From NCBI GenBank assembly GCA_038087875.1, contig CM075977.1, positions 40,610,001-40,674,000 of the forward strand: a stretch of DNA of 64,000 nt. The letters are read 5' to 3'. The first letter of the stretch is position 1. Each line of letters opens with the position of its first letter. The translations under genes were made by a program, and so were the position numbers. The notes under the pieces are model-generated. The model was not told the DNA's origin and made no database searches. It saw only the letters and a list, made by a program, of their open reading frames with translations. The stretch comes from Malacoraja senta. Its lineage: Eukaryota. Shown piece by piece: positions 25,951-37,799 of this stretch.

Positions 25951-28900
25951 CAAATTTCAAATTTCTGGATCATTGGGACCTCTTGTGGAAGGTGCGACCT
26001 GTAAAAATAGGATGGGTTGCACTTGAACCTGAGGGGGACCAATATCCTGGCGGGGAGATTTGCAAAGGCTACTGGGGAGACTTTAAACTAGAACGGTTGT
26101 GGGGAGGGACTCAAATAGAGAAAGCTATTAGACAGTGTGTGAGGCAGGAGGCAGAGAAGGAAAGCACTCAGACCCAACATGTAGGGGGGAAAGAAGAAAA
26201 CAATAATAAACAGAGAATAAGAGGTGGCGGGGTTCTTAAATGGGTGAGCAGAGAAACAGAGGGGTGTAAAATGCGGGCAGAAGCAATATGTAGCAAGGTG
26301 AAAAGTAAAAGTGGCAGGCAGACAAACCCAGGGCAAAAATCATAAAGGGCCACTTTTCAACAAAATTGTAAAAGGGGTAAGAGCATTGTAAAAACAATCC
26401 TGAAGGCTTTGTGTCTCAATGCAAGGAGCATTCGTAATAAGGTGGATGAGTTGAACGTGCAGATAGCTATTAATAATTATGACATAGTTGGGATCACGAA
26501 GACATGGCTCCAGGGTGACCAAGGCTGGGAGCTGAACATCCAGGGATATTCAATATTCAGGAGGGATAGAGAGAAAGGAAAAGGAGGTGGGGTAGCGTTG
26601 CTGGTTAGAGAGGAGATTAACGCAGTGGAAAGGAAGGACATTAGCTTGGAGCTTGGTATGGGTCGAGCTGCGAAACACTAAGGGGCAGAAAACGCTGGTG
26701 GGTGTTGTGTACAGGCCACCTAGCAGTAGTAGTGAAGTTGGGGATAGCATCAAACAGGAAATTAGAAATGCGTGCAACAAAGGCAAAACAGTTATAATGG
26801 GTGACTTCAATCTACATATAGATTGGGTAAATCAAATTGGCAGGGGTGCTGAGGAAGAGGATTTCTTGGAATGTATGTGGGATAGTTATCTAAACCAACA
26901 TGTAGAGGAACCAACGAGAGAGCAGGCTATTCTAGACTGGGTATTGAGTAATGAGGAAGGGTTAGTTAGCAGTCTTGTTGTGCGTGGCCCCTTGGGCAAG
27001 TGTGACCATAATATGGTTGAGTTCTTCATTAGGATGGAGAGTGACATTGTTAATTCAGAAACAATGGTTCTGAACTTAAAGAAAGGTAGCTTTGTGGGTA
27101 TGAGACGTGAATTGGACAAGATTGACTGGCAATTAGTTGTAAAAGGGTTGACGGTGGATATGCAATGGAAGGCATTTAAAGACTGCATGGATGAACGACA
27201 AAAATTGTTCATCCCAGTTTGGCAAAAAAATAAATCAGGGATGGTAGTGCATTCGTGGATAACAAGGGAAATCAGGGAAAAGCAAAAGATGATGCGTGCA
27301 AATTAGCCAGAAAAAGCAGCATACCAGAGGAATGGGAGAAATTCAGAGACCAGCAGAGGAGGACAAAGGGCTTAATTAGGTAAGGGAAAATAGATTATGA
27401 AAGAAAACTGGCAGGGAACATAAAAACTGACTGCAAAAGTTTTTATAGATATGTGAAGTGAAAGAGATTTGTTAAAACAAATGTAGGTCCCTTGCAGTCA
27501 GAAACAGGTGAATTGATCATGGGGAACAAGGATATGGCGGACCAATTGAATAACTACTTTGGTTCCGTCTTCACTAAGGAAGACATAAATAATCTGCCGG
27601 AAATAGCAGGGGACCGCGGGTCAAAGGAGATGGAGGAACTGAGTGAAATCCAGGTTAGTCGGGAAGTTGGGTAAATTGAATGGATTAAAGGCCGATAAAT
27701 CACCAGGGCCAGATAGGCTGCATCCCAGAGTACTTAAGGAAGTAGCTCCAGAAATAGTGGATGCATTAGTGATAATTTTTCAAAATTCTTTAGAGTCTGG
27801 AGTAGTTCCTGAGAATTGGAGGATAGCTAATGTAACCCCACTGTTAAAAAAGGGAGGGAGAGAGAAAAGGGGGAATTACAGACCAGTTAGTCTAACATCG
27901 GTAGTGGGGAAAATGCTAGAGTCAGTTATTAAAGATGGGATAGCAGCACATTTGGAAAGTGGTGAAATCATTGGACAAAGTCAGCATGGATTTACGAAAG
28001 GTAAATCATGTCTGACGAATCTTATAGAATTTTTCGAGGATGTAACTAGTAGAGTGGATAAGGGAGAACTAGTGGATGTGTTATATCTGGACTTTCAGAA
28101 GGCTTTCGACAAGGTCCAACATAAGAGATTAGTATGCAAACTTAAAGTACACGGTATTGGGGGTTCAGTATTGATGTGGATAGAGAACTGACTGGCAGAC
28201 AGGAAGCAAAGTGTGGGAATAAACGGGTCCTTTTCACAATGGCAGGCAGTGACTAGTGGGGTACTGCAAGGCTCAGTGCTGGGACCCCAGCTATTTACAA
28301 TTTATATTAATGAACTGGATGAGGGAATTGAAGGCAACATCTCCAAGTTTGCGGATGACACTAAGCTGGGGGGCAGTGTTAGCTGTGAGGAGGATGCTAG
28401 GAGACTGCAAGGTGACTTGGATAGGCTGGGTGAGTGGGCAAATGTTTGGCAGATGCAGTATAATGTGGATAAATGTGAGGTTATCCACTTTGGTGGCAAA
28501 AACAGGAAAGCAGACTATTATCTAAATGGTGGCCGATTAGGAAAAGGGGAGATGCAGCGAGACCTGGGTGTCATGGTACACCAGTCATTGAAAGTAGGCA
28601 TGCAGGTGCAGCAGGCAGTGAAGAAAGCAAATGGTATGTTAGCTTTCATAGCAAAAGGATTTGAGTATAGAAGCAGGGAGGTTCTACTGCAGTTGTACAG
28701 GGTCTTGGTGAGACCACACCTGGAGTATTGCGTACAGTTTTGGTCTCCAAATCTGAGGAAGGACATTATAGCCATAGATGGAGTGCAGAGAAGGTTCACC
28801 AGACTGATTCCTGGGATGTCAGGAGTTTCATATGAAGAAAGACTGGATAGACTTGGCTTATACTCGCTAGAATTTAGGAGATTGAGAGGGGATCTTATAG

Positions 28901-29662
28901 AAACTTACAAAATTCTTATGGGGTTGGACAGGCTAGATGCAGGAAGATTGTTCCCGATGTTGGGGAAGTCCAGGACAAGGGGTCACAGCTTAAGGATAAG
29001 GGGGAAATCCTTTAAGACCGAGATGAGAAAAAACATTTTCACACAGAGAGTGGTGAATCTCTGGAGCTCTCTGCCACAGAGGGTAGTTGAGGCCAGTTCA
29101 TTGGCTATATTTAAGAGGGAGTTAGATGTGGCCCTTGTGGCTAAAGGGATCAGGGGGTATGGAGAGAAGGCAGGTACGGGATACTGAGTTGGATGATCAG
29201 CCATGATCATATTGAATGGCGGTGCAGGCTCGAAGGGCCGAATGGCCTACTCCTGCACCTATTTTCTATGTATCTATGTATCTATGAAACATATAAGATT
29301 GTTAAGGGTTTGGACACGCTAGAGGCAGGAAACATGTTACCGATGTTATGGAAGTCCAGAACCAGGGGCCACAGTTTAAGAATAAGGAGTAAGCGAATTA
29401 GAACGGAGATGAGGAAACACTTTTTCTTACAGAGAGTGGTGAGTCTGTAGAATTCTCTGCCTCAGAGTGCGGTGGAGGCAGGTTCTCTGGATGCTTTCAG
29501 GAGAGAGCGAGATAGGGCTCTTAAAAATAGCGGAGTCAGGGGATATGGGGAGAAGGCAGGAACGAGGTACTGATTGGGGATGATCAGCCATGATCGCATT
29601 GAATGGCGGTGCTGGCTCGAAGGGCCGAATGGCCTACTCCTGCACCTATTGTCTATTGTCTA
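25950..29662 (+). mobile_element. CR1 (ORF1 end plus disrupted ORF2, to ~29285) followed by another CR1 3' fragment
   Basis: APE and RT ORF pieces 26409-29187; tails (CTATGTAT)n at ~29270 and (TATTGTC)n at ~29650. Confidence 0.88.
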
Positions 29663-31467
29663 CTGCGTATTGTCACAAGGCCATTAAATAGAACTCACCA
29701 TCAACTTGCTTGCCAAATTTCAGTTTTGATTTCAAGAGGACCACTTGCCCTCGACCTCTATGCATCCTTGGTCCATACACATATCAAGGTGTTGAATTCC
29801 AAAGGATAGGTGGGAGTGATCTTGATCTCAAGGCAGAACATGGTTGACTGTACCCACATAGGATCTCTGGTAAAGCTGAACTGATTAGGCATCAAAGGGA
29901 AATCCTTCCAAGGTCTGCTGCCATAACTCATACAAGGGTTGATGCATGAGGATGTTGGTGGTTAATCATTTCAGCCACAGAAAATCACTGCAAGAGTTTC
30001 TTCCTTGGCATCTTCAATTGCTTCATGAGATATAGTTCTAATATAAGCAGATGGGGTTAGTTTAGCTAGTCATTACATTCAGCATTGTCTGTCAGGAAAA
30101 GGCCCATTTCTATGCTGTACAATGCTAAGATTTCATGAGGTCTGATGTTTGTTGATGATTACATAATATCCAGTTCCATTCACAACTAGTCAGCAAATGA
30201 AGAATCATTTGCTTGCAACACCAATATGTAATCAAAATTCAGGCATGGACCAATAAATGAAAATTGACATTCATGTTACAGGACTACTGTGGCGCCTTCA
30301 TGCCCACGTTGGTTTTGCATACAGCCTGTCACCACTGGCGACTCGCCAGCAGCCTCACGAGAAGGTCCAGCCACAAGAGCTCAATAATAACTCCAAAGTC
30401 AGATGCACTAATTGGCCTTATCTGCACGCGGGTTATGATTGGTGAGAATGTAGGTAAAAGGGGCTTCTAAAATACACGTGACACAAGGTGTCTGGCTCAG
30501 CTATGTGCCATTTGTTCCTTGCTTTCTGTCGTGGGATTCAGTAGATCCTTCAACTGGTGACCCCATTGCTACACGCAACCTACCACTTACTCACAAAATG
30601 TATGACGATAAAAGTGACACAGTGTCAGCCGACGAAGTAAAACTCGACGTCCCAACTCTTTTTACAACCAATGCAGGAACGTGCTTTTCAATACTAGAAG
30701 CTCGATTTCACTACCTCAATGTCACGAGCCAACGGACAAAATTCGGGTTCCTAGCAGTTCGTCTTCCAGAGCAGATCGCATGGGAAGTAGAGGACGTGCT
30801 CCTTAATCCTGAAGAAATTACGCCACACAATGTGCATAAATCCACTATTTTGGAGCGAACGCAGCCCTCGAAGCAAGCCCGGATTTCGGAGCTGCTAGGA
30901 GATGATAATCTCGGCAATAGGAGGCCATTACAAATGCTGCAGAGATGGCGCAGGCTGGCGGTAAACAAAAAGATTGACGGCGATGTCTGGAAACAGAAGT
31001 TTCTCCACTGCATGCCTACCGGGCACGTGTAGTCAGGGTAGGCAAGGTAGGCAGTGCCTACCCTGAATAAAATTATAAAATGGTAATTATTAAATATAAA
31101 TAGTAAAGGCACGGGAGAATTATGCTTACCTACATAGAAACATAGAAACATAGAAAGTAGGTGCGAGAGTAGACCACCAGGCCCATCGAGCCCGCACCGC
31201 CATTCGCTCATGGCTGAACACTAAACAGACACCCTTACCCACAAACAGTAGACACAAGACACAGAACACAAGACACTACCCTCCCCTTTATATCGCTATC
31301 ACCCCTCTCCACCCCAAGAACCGCGTGATCTCCTGGGGGAGGCAAAAAAACGGATAAAAACCCAGGTCCAATTCGGGAAAAAAATCCGGGAAATTCCTCT
31401 CCGACCCCAATCCAGGCGATCGACACTTGTCCAGGAGATCACTCAGGTCTTACTATACTAACCATAC

Positions 31468-34344
31468 CTAGGTCCATATCCCTGCCCTCTCCCCGTAGCC
31501 CCTTATCCCCTTGGCAGCTAAAAAAACATCTATTTTAGACTTAAATATATTTAATGTTTCTGCTTCCACTGCTCCCTGGGGCAGTGAATTCCATAAATTA
31601 ACCACCCTCTGGGTGAAGAAGTTCTTCCTCATCTCAGTTTTAAAAGAGCCCCCTCTTATTCTACAACTATGTCCCCTAGTTCTAGTTTCCCCGATCATTG
31701 GGAACATCCTCGGTGCATCCACCCGATCAAGGCCCCTCACGATCTTATATGTTTCAATGAGATCGCCTCTCATTCTTCTAAACTCCAAAGAGTAGAGTTC
31801 CAGCCTACTTAACCTTTCCTCATATGTCAATCCCCTCATTGCAGGAATTAATCTTGTAAACCTTCGCTGCACTGCCTCCAGGGCCAGTACATCCTTTCTT
31901 AAGTATGGACCCCAGAACTGTGCACAGTATTCCAAATGTGGTCTCACTAATACTGTGTACAGCTGCAGCAAGACCTCCGTGTTTTTATACTCAATCCCCC
32001 TAGCAATAAAGGCCAAAACTCCATTGGCCTTCCTGATTGCTTGCTGCACCTGCATACTAACTTTTAGTGATTCATGTACTACTACCCCTAGATCCCTTTG
32101 CGTTGCATTACAACGCAGCTCCACCTCATTTAGAAAATAACTTGCCCTATCATTTTTTTTCCCAAAGTGAATGACTTCACATTTATTAGTATTAAATTTC
32201 ATCTGCCAAGTTGTTGCCCACTCACCTAGCTTATCTATATCCTTTTGCAGACTCTTCCTATCCTCCTCATCCCCTACTTTTCCTCCCATTTTTGTATCGT
32301 CCGCAAATTTTGATATATTACACTTGGTTCCCTCCTCCAAATCATTTATATAAATTGTGAACAACTGGGGTCCCAGCACCGACCCTTGCGGAACCCCGCT
32401 AGTTACCGGTTGCCATCCCGAGTATGAACCATTTATCCCCACTCTCTGCTTCCTATTTGTTAGCCAATCCTCTACCCATGCTAATATATTACCCCCAATC
32501 CCATAATTTTTTATTTTTAGCAATAGTCTCTTATGTGGCACCTTGTCAAAAGCCTTTTGGAAGTCCAAGTATACCACATCCACCGGTTCCCCTTTATCCA
32601 CCCGGGTTGTTACTTCCTCAAAGAATTCGAGCAGATTCGTTAAACAGGACTTCCCCTTCACAAAACCATGCTGGTTCTGTCCGATGAAGTCATGTTTATC
32701 CAAGTGCCCCGTTAGTGTTTCTTTAATAATTGTCTCTAACATTTTACCCACCACCGATGTTAGACTAACCGGTCTATAGTTACCCGCCTTCTGTTTACTT
32801 CCTTTTTTAAATATAGGTGTTACATTGGCCATTTTCCAATCCACTGGGACCGTTCCTGCCTCCAGGGAGTTTTGGAAAATTATCACCAATGCATCCACAA
32901 TCCCCACCGCTATCTCCCTCAAGACCCTTGGATGTAATCCATCAGGCCCAGGGGATTTATCCTCCTTCAGTCTCATTAATTTCCCTAATACCACCTCCTT
33001 GGTGATCTTAATAGTATTTAGCTCCTCCATTCCTACCGCCCCCTGTTTATCCAGCGTTGGGATATTTTTTGTGTCTTCTATGGTGAAGACTGATACAAAA
33101 TACTCGTTTAATGCCTTTGCCATTTCCATGTTCCCCACCAACAACTCTCCAGTCTCACCCTCCAATGGACCAACGTTCACCTTAGCCACCCTTTTTCTTT
33201 TTATATAGCTATAAAAACTCTTACTATTAGTTTTTATGTTGTTCGCTAAATTCCTTTCATAGTCTATTTTCCCCGTCTTAATTAATCTCTTAGTTATTTT
33301 TTGCTGACCTTTAAATGCTTCCCAATCCTCTACCCTCCCACTATCTCTAGCTACCTTATATGCCCTTGCCTTCAGCCGAATACTATCCTTTATAGTTTTA
33401 CTGAGCCATGGCTGACTGTTCTTTCCCTTACCCCTTTTTTTCTTCATAGGAATAAATTTTTCTTGAAGGTTATACAGTAGATCCTTAAACGTACACCACT
33501 GCTCATGTACCGTCTTATTCTTGAGTCTGCTATCCCAGTCAACTTTGATCAGCTCAGTCCTCATACCTTCATAATCCCCCTTATTTAGACTAAGTACCCT
33601 AGCCTGAGTTTCAACCTGCTCCCCTTCTATTTGAATATGGAATTCGACCATATTGTGGTCACTTGTTCCCAACGAGTCCCTAACTATGACATTTTTAATT
33701 AATCCTGCTTCATTACACAGGACCAGATCCAAGATTGCCTCCCTCCTTGTCGGTTCTGTGACATACTGTTCTAGGAACCCGTCTCTAATACATTCTATAA
33801 ACTCTTCCTCTAGTCTACCCTGCCCAGTTTGGTTTGCCCAATTAATATGAAAATTGAAGTCCCCCATGATTACAGCAGTTCCCTTTTTACATGCGTCAAC
33901 TATTTGCAGATTTATGTTCTGACTAACAGCGTCACAGCTATTTGGAGGTCTATAAATTACACCCACTAGTGTTTTTTTCCCCTTGTTATTCTCTATCTGT
34001 ACCCAAGCTGTTTCACTATCCTGATCCTTCAACGCAATATCCTTCCTCTCTATTGCCGTTATTCCCTCCCTTATTAAAAGGGCCACCCCTCCTCCCTTTC
34101 TTTCCTGTCTATCTTTTCTAATTGTCGAGTACCCCTCTATATTTAACTCCCAATCCTGATCCCCTTGCAGCCATGTCTCCGTAATGGCCACGATATCATA
34201 ACTATATGTACTTAATTGCACCGTTAATTCATTTATCTTATTTCGAATACTCCGTGCATTTAGATACAGCACTTTCAGATGATTTTTACTACCCTTCCTT
34301 TCTGTTTTTGCCCCTTTTACATCTAGAGCTTTATCTTCACACAT
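31468..34344 (-). CDS. CR1 ORF2p (APE endonuclease plus reverse transcriptase), 958 aa
   Basis: YLNARS, ITETWL, GDFN, SDHNMV; [33 protein letters not shown]; no stops. Confidence 0.95.
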   Translation of the reverse strand: MCEDKALDVKGAKTERKGSKNHLKVLYLNARSIRNKINELTVQLSTYSYDIVAITETWLQGDQDWELNIEGYSTIRKDRQERKGGGVALLIREGITAIERKDIALKDQDSETAWVQIENNKGKKTLVGVIYRPPNSCDAVSQNINLQIVDACKKGTAVIMGDFNFHINWANQTGQGRLEEEFIECIRDGFLEQYVTEPTRREAILDLVLCNEAGLIKNVIVRDSLGTSDHNMVEFHIQIEGEQVETQARVLSLNKGDYEGMRTELIKVDWDSRLKNKTVHEQWCTFKDLLYNLQEKFIPMKKKRGKGKNSQPWLSKTIKDSIRLKARAYKVARDSGRVEDWEAFKGQQKITKRLIKTGKIDYERNLANNIKTNSKSFYSYIKRKRVAKVNVGPLEGETGELLVGNMEMAKALNEYFVSVFTIEDTKNIPTLDKQGAVGMEELNTIKITKEVVLGKLMRLKEDKSPGPDGLHPRVLREIAVGIVDALVIIFQNSLEAGTVPVDWKMANVTPIFKKGSKQKAGNYRPVSLTSVVGKMLETIIKETLTGHLDKHDFIGQNQHGFVKGKSCLTNLLEFFEEVTTRVDKGEPVDVVYLDFQKAFDKVPHKRLLLKIKNYGIGGNILAWVEDWLTNRKQRVGINGSYSGWQPVTSGVPQGSVLGPQLFTIYINDLEEGTKCNISKFADDTKMGGKVGDEEDRKSLQKDIDKLGEWATTWQMKFNTNKCEVIHFGKKNDRASYFLNEVELRCNATQRDLGVVVHESLKVSMQVQQAIRKANGVLAFIARGIEYKNTEVLLQLYTVLVRPHLEYCAQFWGPYLRKDVLALEAVQRRFTRLIPAMRGLTYEERLSRLELYSLEFRRMRGDLIETYKIVRGLDRVDAPRMFPMIGETRTRGHSCRIRGGSFKTEMRKNFFTQRVVNLWNSLPQGAVEAETLNIFKSKIDVFLAAKGIRGYGERAGIWT

Positions 34345-34451
34345 TCTGGATCCTCCTGTCGCATTTTGATTTTCCGTTTCCCCACTGATACCCTGCTCTA
34401 TTTCCTCTACCCCTGCCGTTATTACCCCCCTTGATACCTCCCCCCCGCTAC

Positions 34452-35414
34452 TTAGTTTAAAGACCTCTCTACTGCCCTAGTTATATGATTTGCCAGGACC
34501 CCAGTCCCAGCACCGTTCAGGTGAAGTCCGTCCTTACAGAACAGATCCCCCCTGTCCCAGTACTGGTGCCAGTGGCCCAAGAAACCAAACCCATTTTTCC
34601 CACACCAGTCTTTGAGCCACGCATTCAGCTTTTTAATTTTTCGTACCCTCGCCGATTTGGCCCGTGGCTCAGGTAGCAATCCGGAGATCAGTACCCTCGA
34701 GGTTCTGCTTTTTAATTTATTCCCTAACTGCTCAAACTCGTTCAGCAGATCCTCCTTCCTCGTCCTTCCTATGTCATTGGTCCCCACATGGACCACGACC
34801 ACTGGATCCTCCCCCTCACTCTGCAAATTTCTCTCCAGCATCGCAGAGATATCCTTAACCCTAGCACCGGGTAGGCAACACAGCCTTCGGGACATGTTCT
34901 GCTGGCCGCAGAGAACCTTATCTACCCCCCGAATAATACTATCCCCTATCACCACGGCATTTCTTCTAACTCCCCCCTCTTGAATGGCCCCCTGATCCAC
35001 GGTGCTGCAGCCAGGTTGCTCATCCCTCCCACAGCCCCTGATCCCGTCCTCACATTGAGTAAGAGCCTCGGTCATGCTCGTCAGGGACAAGGGCTGTGGC
35101 TCCTGCCGCATCTCCTCCTGGTTCCCCCTACCTGCCTCGCTTATGGCCACACCTTCCTTTCCCTGCTCACTAACTACTGAATTAGTTAAACTGGTCGGTG
35201 TGACCATCCCCTGGCACAAAACATCCAGGTAATACTCCCCCTCCCTGATGCACCGCAGCGTATGAAGTTGGGTCTCCAGCTCATCAATGCGGAGCTCGAG
35301 TTCCGCTAGCTTCAAACACTTACTGCAGCTGTAGGGATCATCTACACCATCTACATCAATGGTGTCGACAAATTCCCACATCTCACAGTATTGGCACATC
35401 TCCTGGCCGCCCAT
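34452..35414 (-). CDS. CR1 ORF1p (Cys-rich/coiled-coil N-terminus plus SGNH esterase), 320 aa
   Basis: CQYC..CSKCLKL..LELRIDELE; VIGDSIIRG; VHVGTNDIG; DGLHLN. Confidence 0.9.
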   Translation of the reverse strand: MGGQEMCQYCEMWEFVDTIDVDGVDDPYSCSKCLKLAELELRIDELETQLHTLRCIREGEYYLDVLCQGMVTPTSLTNSVVSEQGKEGVAISEAGRGNQEEMRQEPQPLSLTSMTEALTQCEDGIRGCGRDEQPGCSTVDQGAIQEGGVRRNAVVIGDSIIRGVDKVLCGQQNMSRRLCCLPGARVKDISAMLERNLQSEGEDPVVVVHVGTNDIGRTRKEDLLNEFEQLGNKLKSRTSRVLISGLLPEPRAKSARVRKIKKLNAWLKDWCGKNGFGFLGHWHQYWDRGDLFCKDGLHLNGAGTGVLANHITRAVERSLN

Positions 35415-37405
35415 CTTATATAAGTAATTAACTGGTCCTATTAAGAATCCCCTACCCGGATTACTGTATTAAAACACCCCTTATTTATATAATCCTACCT
35501 CCTATAAATGGGAAAGTACTTACCCCAGCCGTAAATTACCTACTGGGTAATGGGAATGGCATGGGAGAGATGTCGATCTCTCCCATGCCTTTCATCCGCA
35601 GTACATTTAAAATGTGGAAGTATGTGCTACTCACGTGCAGTCGATGCTGCTTCAAGCCATCGGTGTCAACGGTGTATAAAGGCAGATGAAATTCTGCCTT
35701 TACACCGTGGACTGCGTGCATGTGCAGCGTAAGTTTCTTGGCGGGTTTTTCAAAGATGGATAGTGATTATCTTAAGAGTTTCTCTAAGCAATCTTATGAG
35801 GAAAAGACCAAAATCATTAAAAATGGCAGACCAAAGCCAGAAAAAGAACTTCAACAGCGCAAAGGAACACAAATAATTAGAACATTTAAAACAGCTTGGT
35901 ACAACAGGAAAGAGTGGCTATGCAATTGTATTTCAACAAATAGAATGTGGTAAGTCAATTTATTTGAGCTATATGTTTTTAAATACTTTAGAAGACAAAT
36001 TACTTTATAAAAGTCGAAAGAACAATTTGCGCATGCGCGGTTTTCAAGATTTTTTTTGAAAGCCAACTGACCAAAGATACTGACTGCCTATCCTGACTAA
36101 TTACTCACGGCACGTGCCTGATGCCTACTCAGGTGTAGGGGCACCTGATAGGTATGTTTCAATCGGCCAGCATAGATGAGCTCACAAAACAGGCCGACAT
36201 TGTCATGGAGACAATCCCTGCACTGCAGATGACTGTGGTTAATGCAACAACAGTAAAACTGGAAAATGCACAGCAGGAACAGCAAATTGCAGTGCTCACT
36301 GCGCAAGTCGAGGCTTTGGCAGCCCAGCAGAACCATCCCCGTTTCAGGTTTAACGCAAACTTTGGGGGTCAAGGACGGGGTCGAGGCGACGCCCAACGCA
36401 TTTGCTGGAAACACCGGAAATATGGTGCAGCGGCCCGGTCGTGTAAACCTCCTTGCTCCTTCTACAAACATCAACACCCGGGAAACGACAAGGCCCGGCA
36501 GTAGAGGCGACTGCTGCCAGTGGACAAACTAGCCACCGCCTTTTTCTCAGTGACTGCCTTTCGGGTATGCACTATCTCATTGTCTCCGGCGCCGAGTTAT
36601 CAGTCATTCCTCCCAGTTCCCAAGAGCGTTTTCACCCTAAGCCCAATACAAACAATTCTAGCATACAGACATTTGGTCAGAAATCAGTCACGCTCGACTG
36701 CAAAAAATGATTGTCGCAGTCGTGTCAAAACCCATTATCGGAGCGGATTTTCTTTCACACTTTTCTTTGCAGGTGGATTAATGCCCGACGTTGGTGACAT
36801 TGGATTATGGGCGAAGACTACCATGTCAACAATCCAAGAACTCCAGGCACTCCAGAACTAGGACCCCTTTCTGTGAGGTTCCTGTACCGAACACTTGTTT
36901 CGAGCAAGTGCACCTAGGGCGGCCCACTCCCACCATCAAGAAACCACACATATCTGCTCACTTGTGAAGACAAGTGAGTAGATAATCACAAGATGGCAAG
37001 ATGCTATCCCAGTCATCAACATTTCAGTGGAAGCAATAGCCCACGCTTTTGTTGACCGATAGATTTCGGACTTTGGGGTACCAAGTACGAACACAACAGA
37101 CCGAGGACCGCAATTCGAGTCTGCGCTGTTTCAAACACTAACCAACCTCTTGGGTATGAACCGAATTCGAACGACTGCGTATCATCCACAAGCGAACGGC
37201 CTAATTGAACGGCTCCATCGGCAGTTGAAGGCCGCTCTGGCAGCCGGAGGAGAAGCGTCAAACTGGAGTGAACGGTTGCCTCTGGTTCTGCTTGGCATTC
37301 GTACGGGGGTGAAAGCAGATCTAAGATGTTCGTTGACAGAAATGGATTAGAAACATAGAAACATAGAAAATAGGTGCAGGAGTAGGCCATTCGGCCCTTT
37401 GAGCC

Positions 37406-37605
37406 NNNNNNNNNNNNNNNNNNNNNNNNNNNNNNNNNNNNNNNNNNNNNNNNNNNNNNNNNNNNNNNNNNNNNNNNNNNNNNNNNNNNNNNNNNNNNNN
37501 NNNNNNNNNNNNNNNNNNNNNNNNNNNNNNNNNNNNNNNNNNNNNNNNNNNNNNNNNNNNNNNNNNNNNNNNNNNNNNNNNNNNNNNNNNNNNNNNNNNN
37601 NNNNN
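37406..37605. other. Assembly gap (200 N)
   Basis: Run of N of round length; true size unknown. Confidence 0.99.
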
Positions 37606-37799
37606 TCCCGCGGGCCATATTTTGGGAGACTACCTGCCTTACATGAACTAAACAAAAATATACAGAACGTACAAAAAATCGATGACTTTATTATTGTGAT
37701 AAGTATCGATCTATTTTTAAAAATTCTAATAACTTTCTAATGTACCGACAAAAGTCTACCTTCTTCAAGTGGCGTATCTTTGGTCTGTGCTGCCGCTGC

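Larger units (their letters stand above)
31134..35535 (-). mobile_element. Full-length CR1 LINE with intact ORF1 and ORF2
   Basis: TTACCTAC TSD (31126-31133, 35536-35543); (TTTCTATG)n tail; two uninterrupted ORFs. Confidence 0.95.
31020..36120 (+). mobile_element. Internally deleted hAT DNA transposon inserted in Gypsy gag
   Basis: 8-bp TSD ATGCCTAC (31012-31019, 36121-36128); imperfect TIR C(A/G)GGCACGTG..TAGTCAGG; N-terminal hAT transposase remnant GRPKPE..RTFKTAWYNRKEWLC at 35755-35950. Confidence 0.85.
30274..37345 (+). mobile_element. Degraded Gypsy LTR retrotransposon (5' LTR ~30274-30552, PBS, gag, protease, integrase remnant)
   Basis: TGTTACA...CA LTR; PBS TGGTGACCCC 30555-30564 (complementary to the tRNA-Trp 3' end); gag LEARF..TSQRTKF..LGNRRP and CWKH..YG..A..C..PC; protease-like YLIVSGAELSVIPP; integrase [29 protein letters not shown]. 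Confidence 0.88.
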
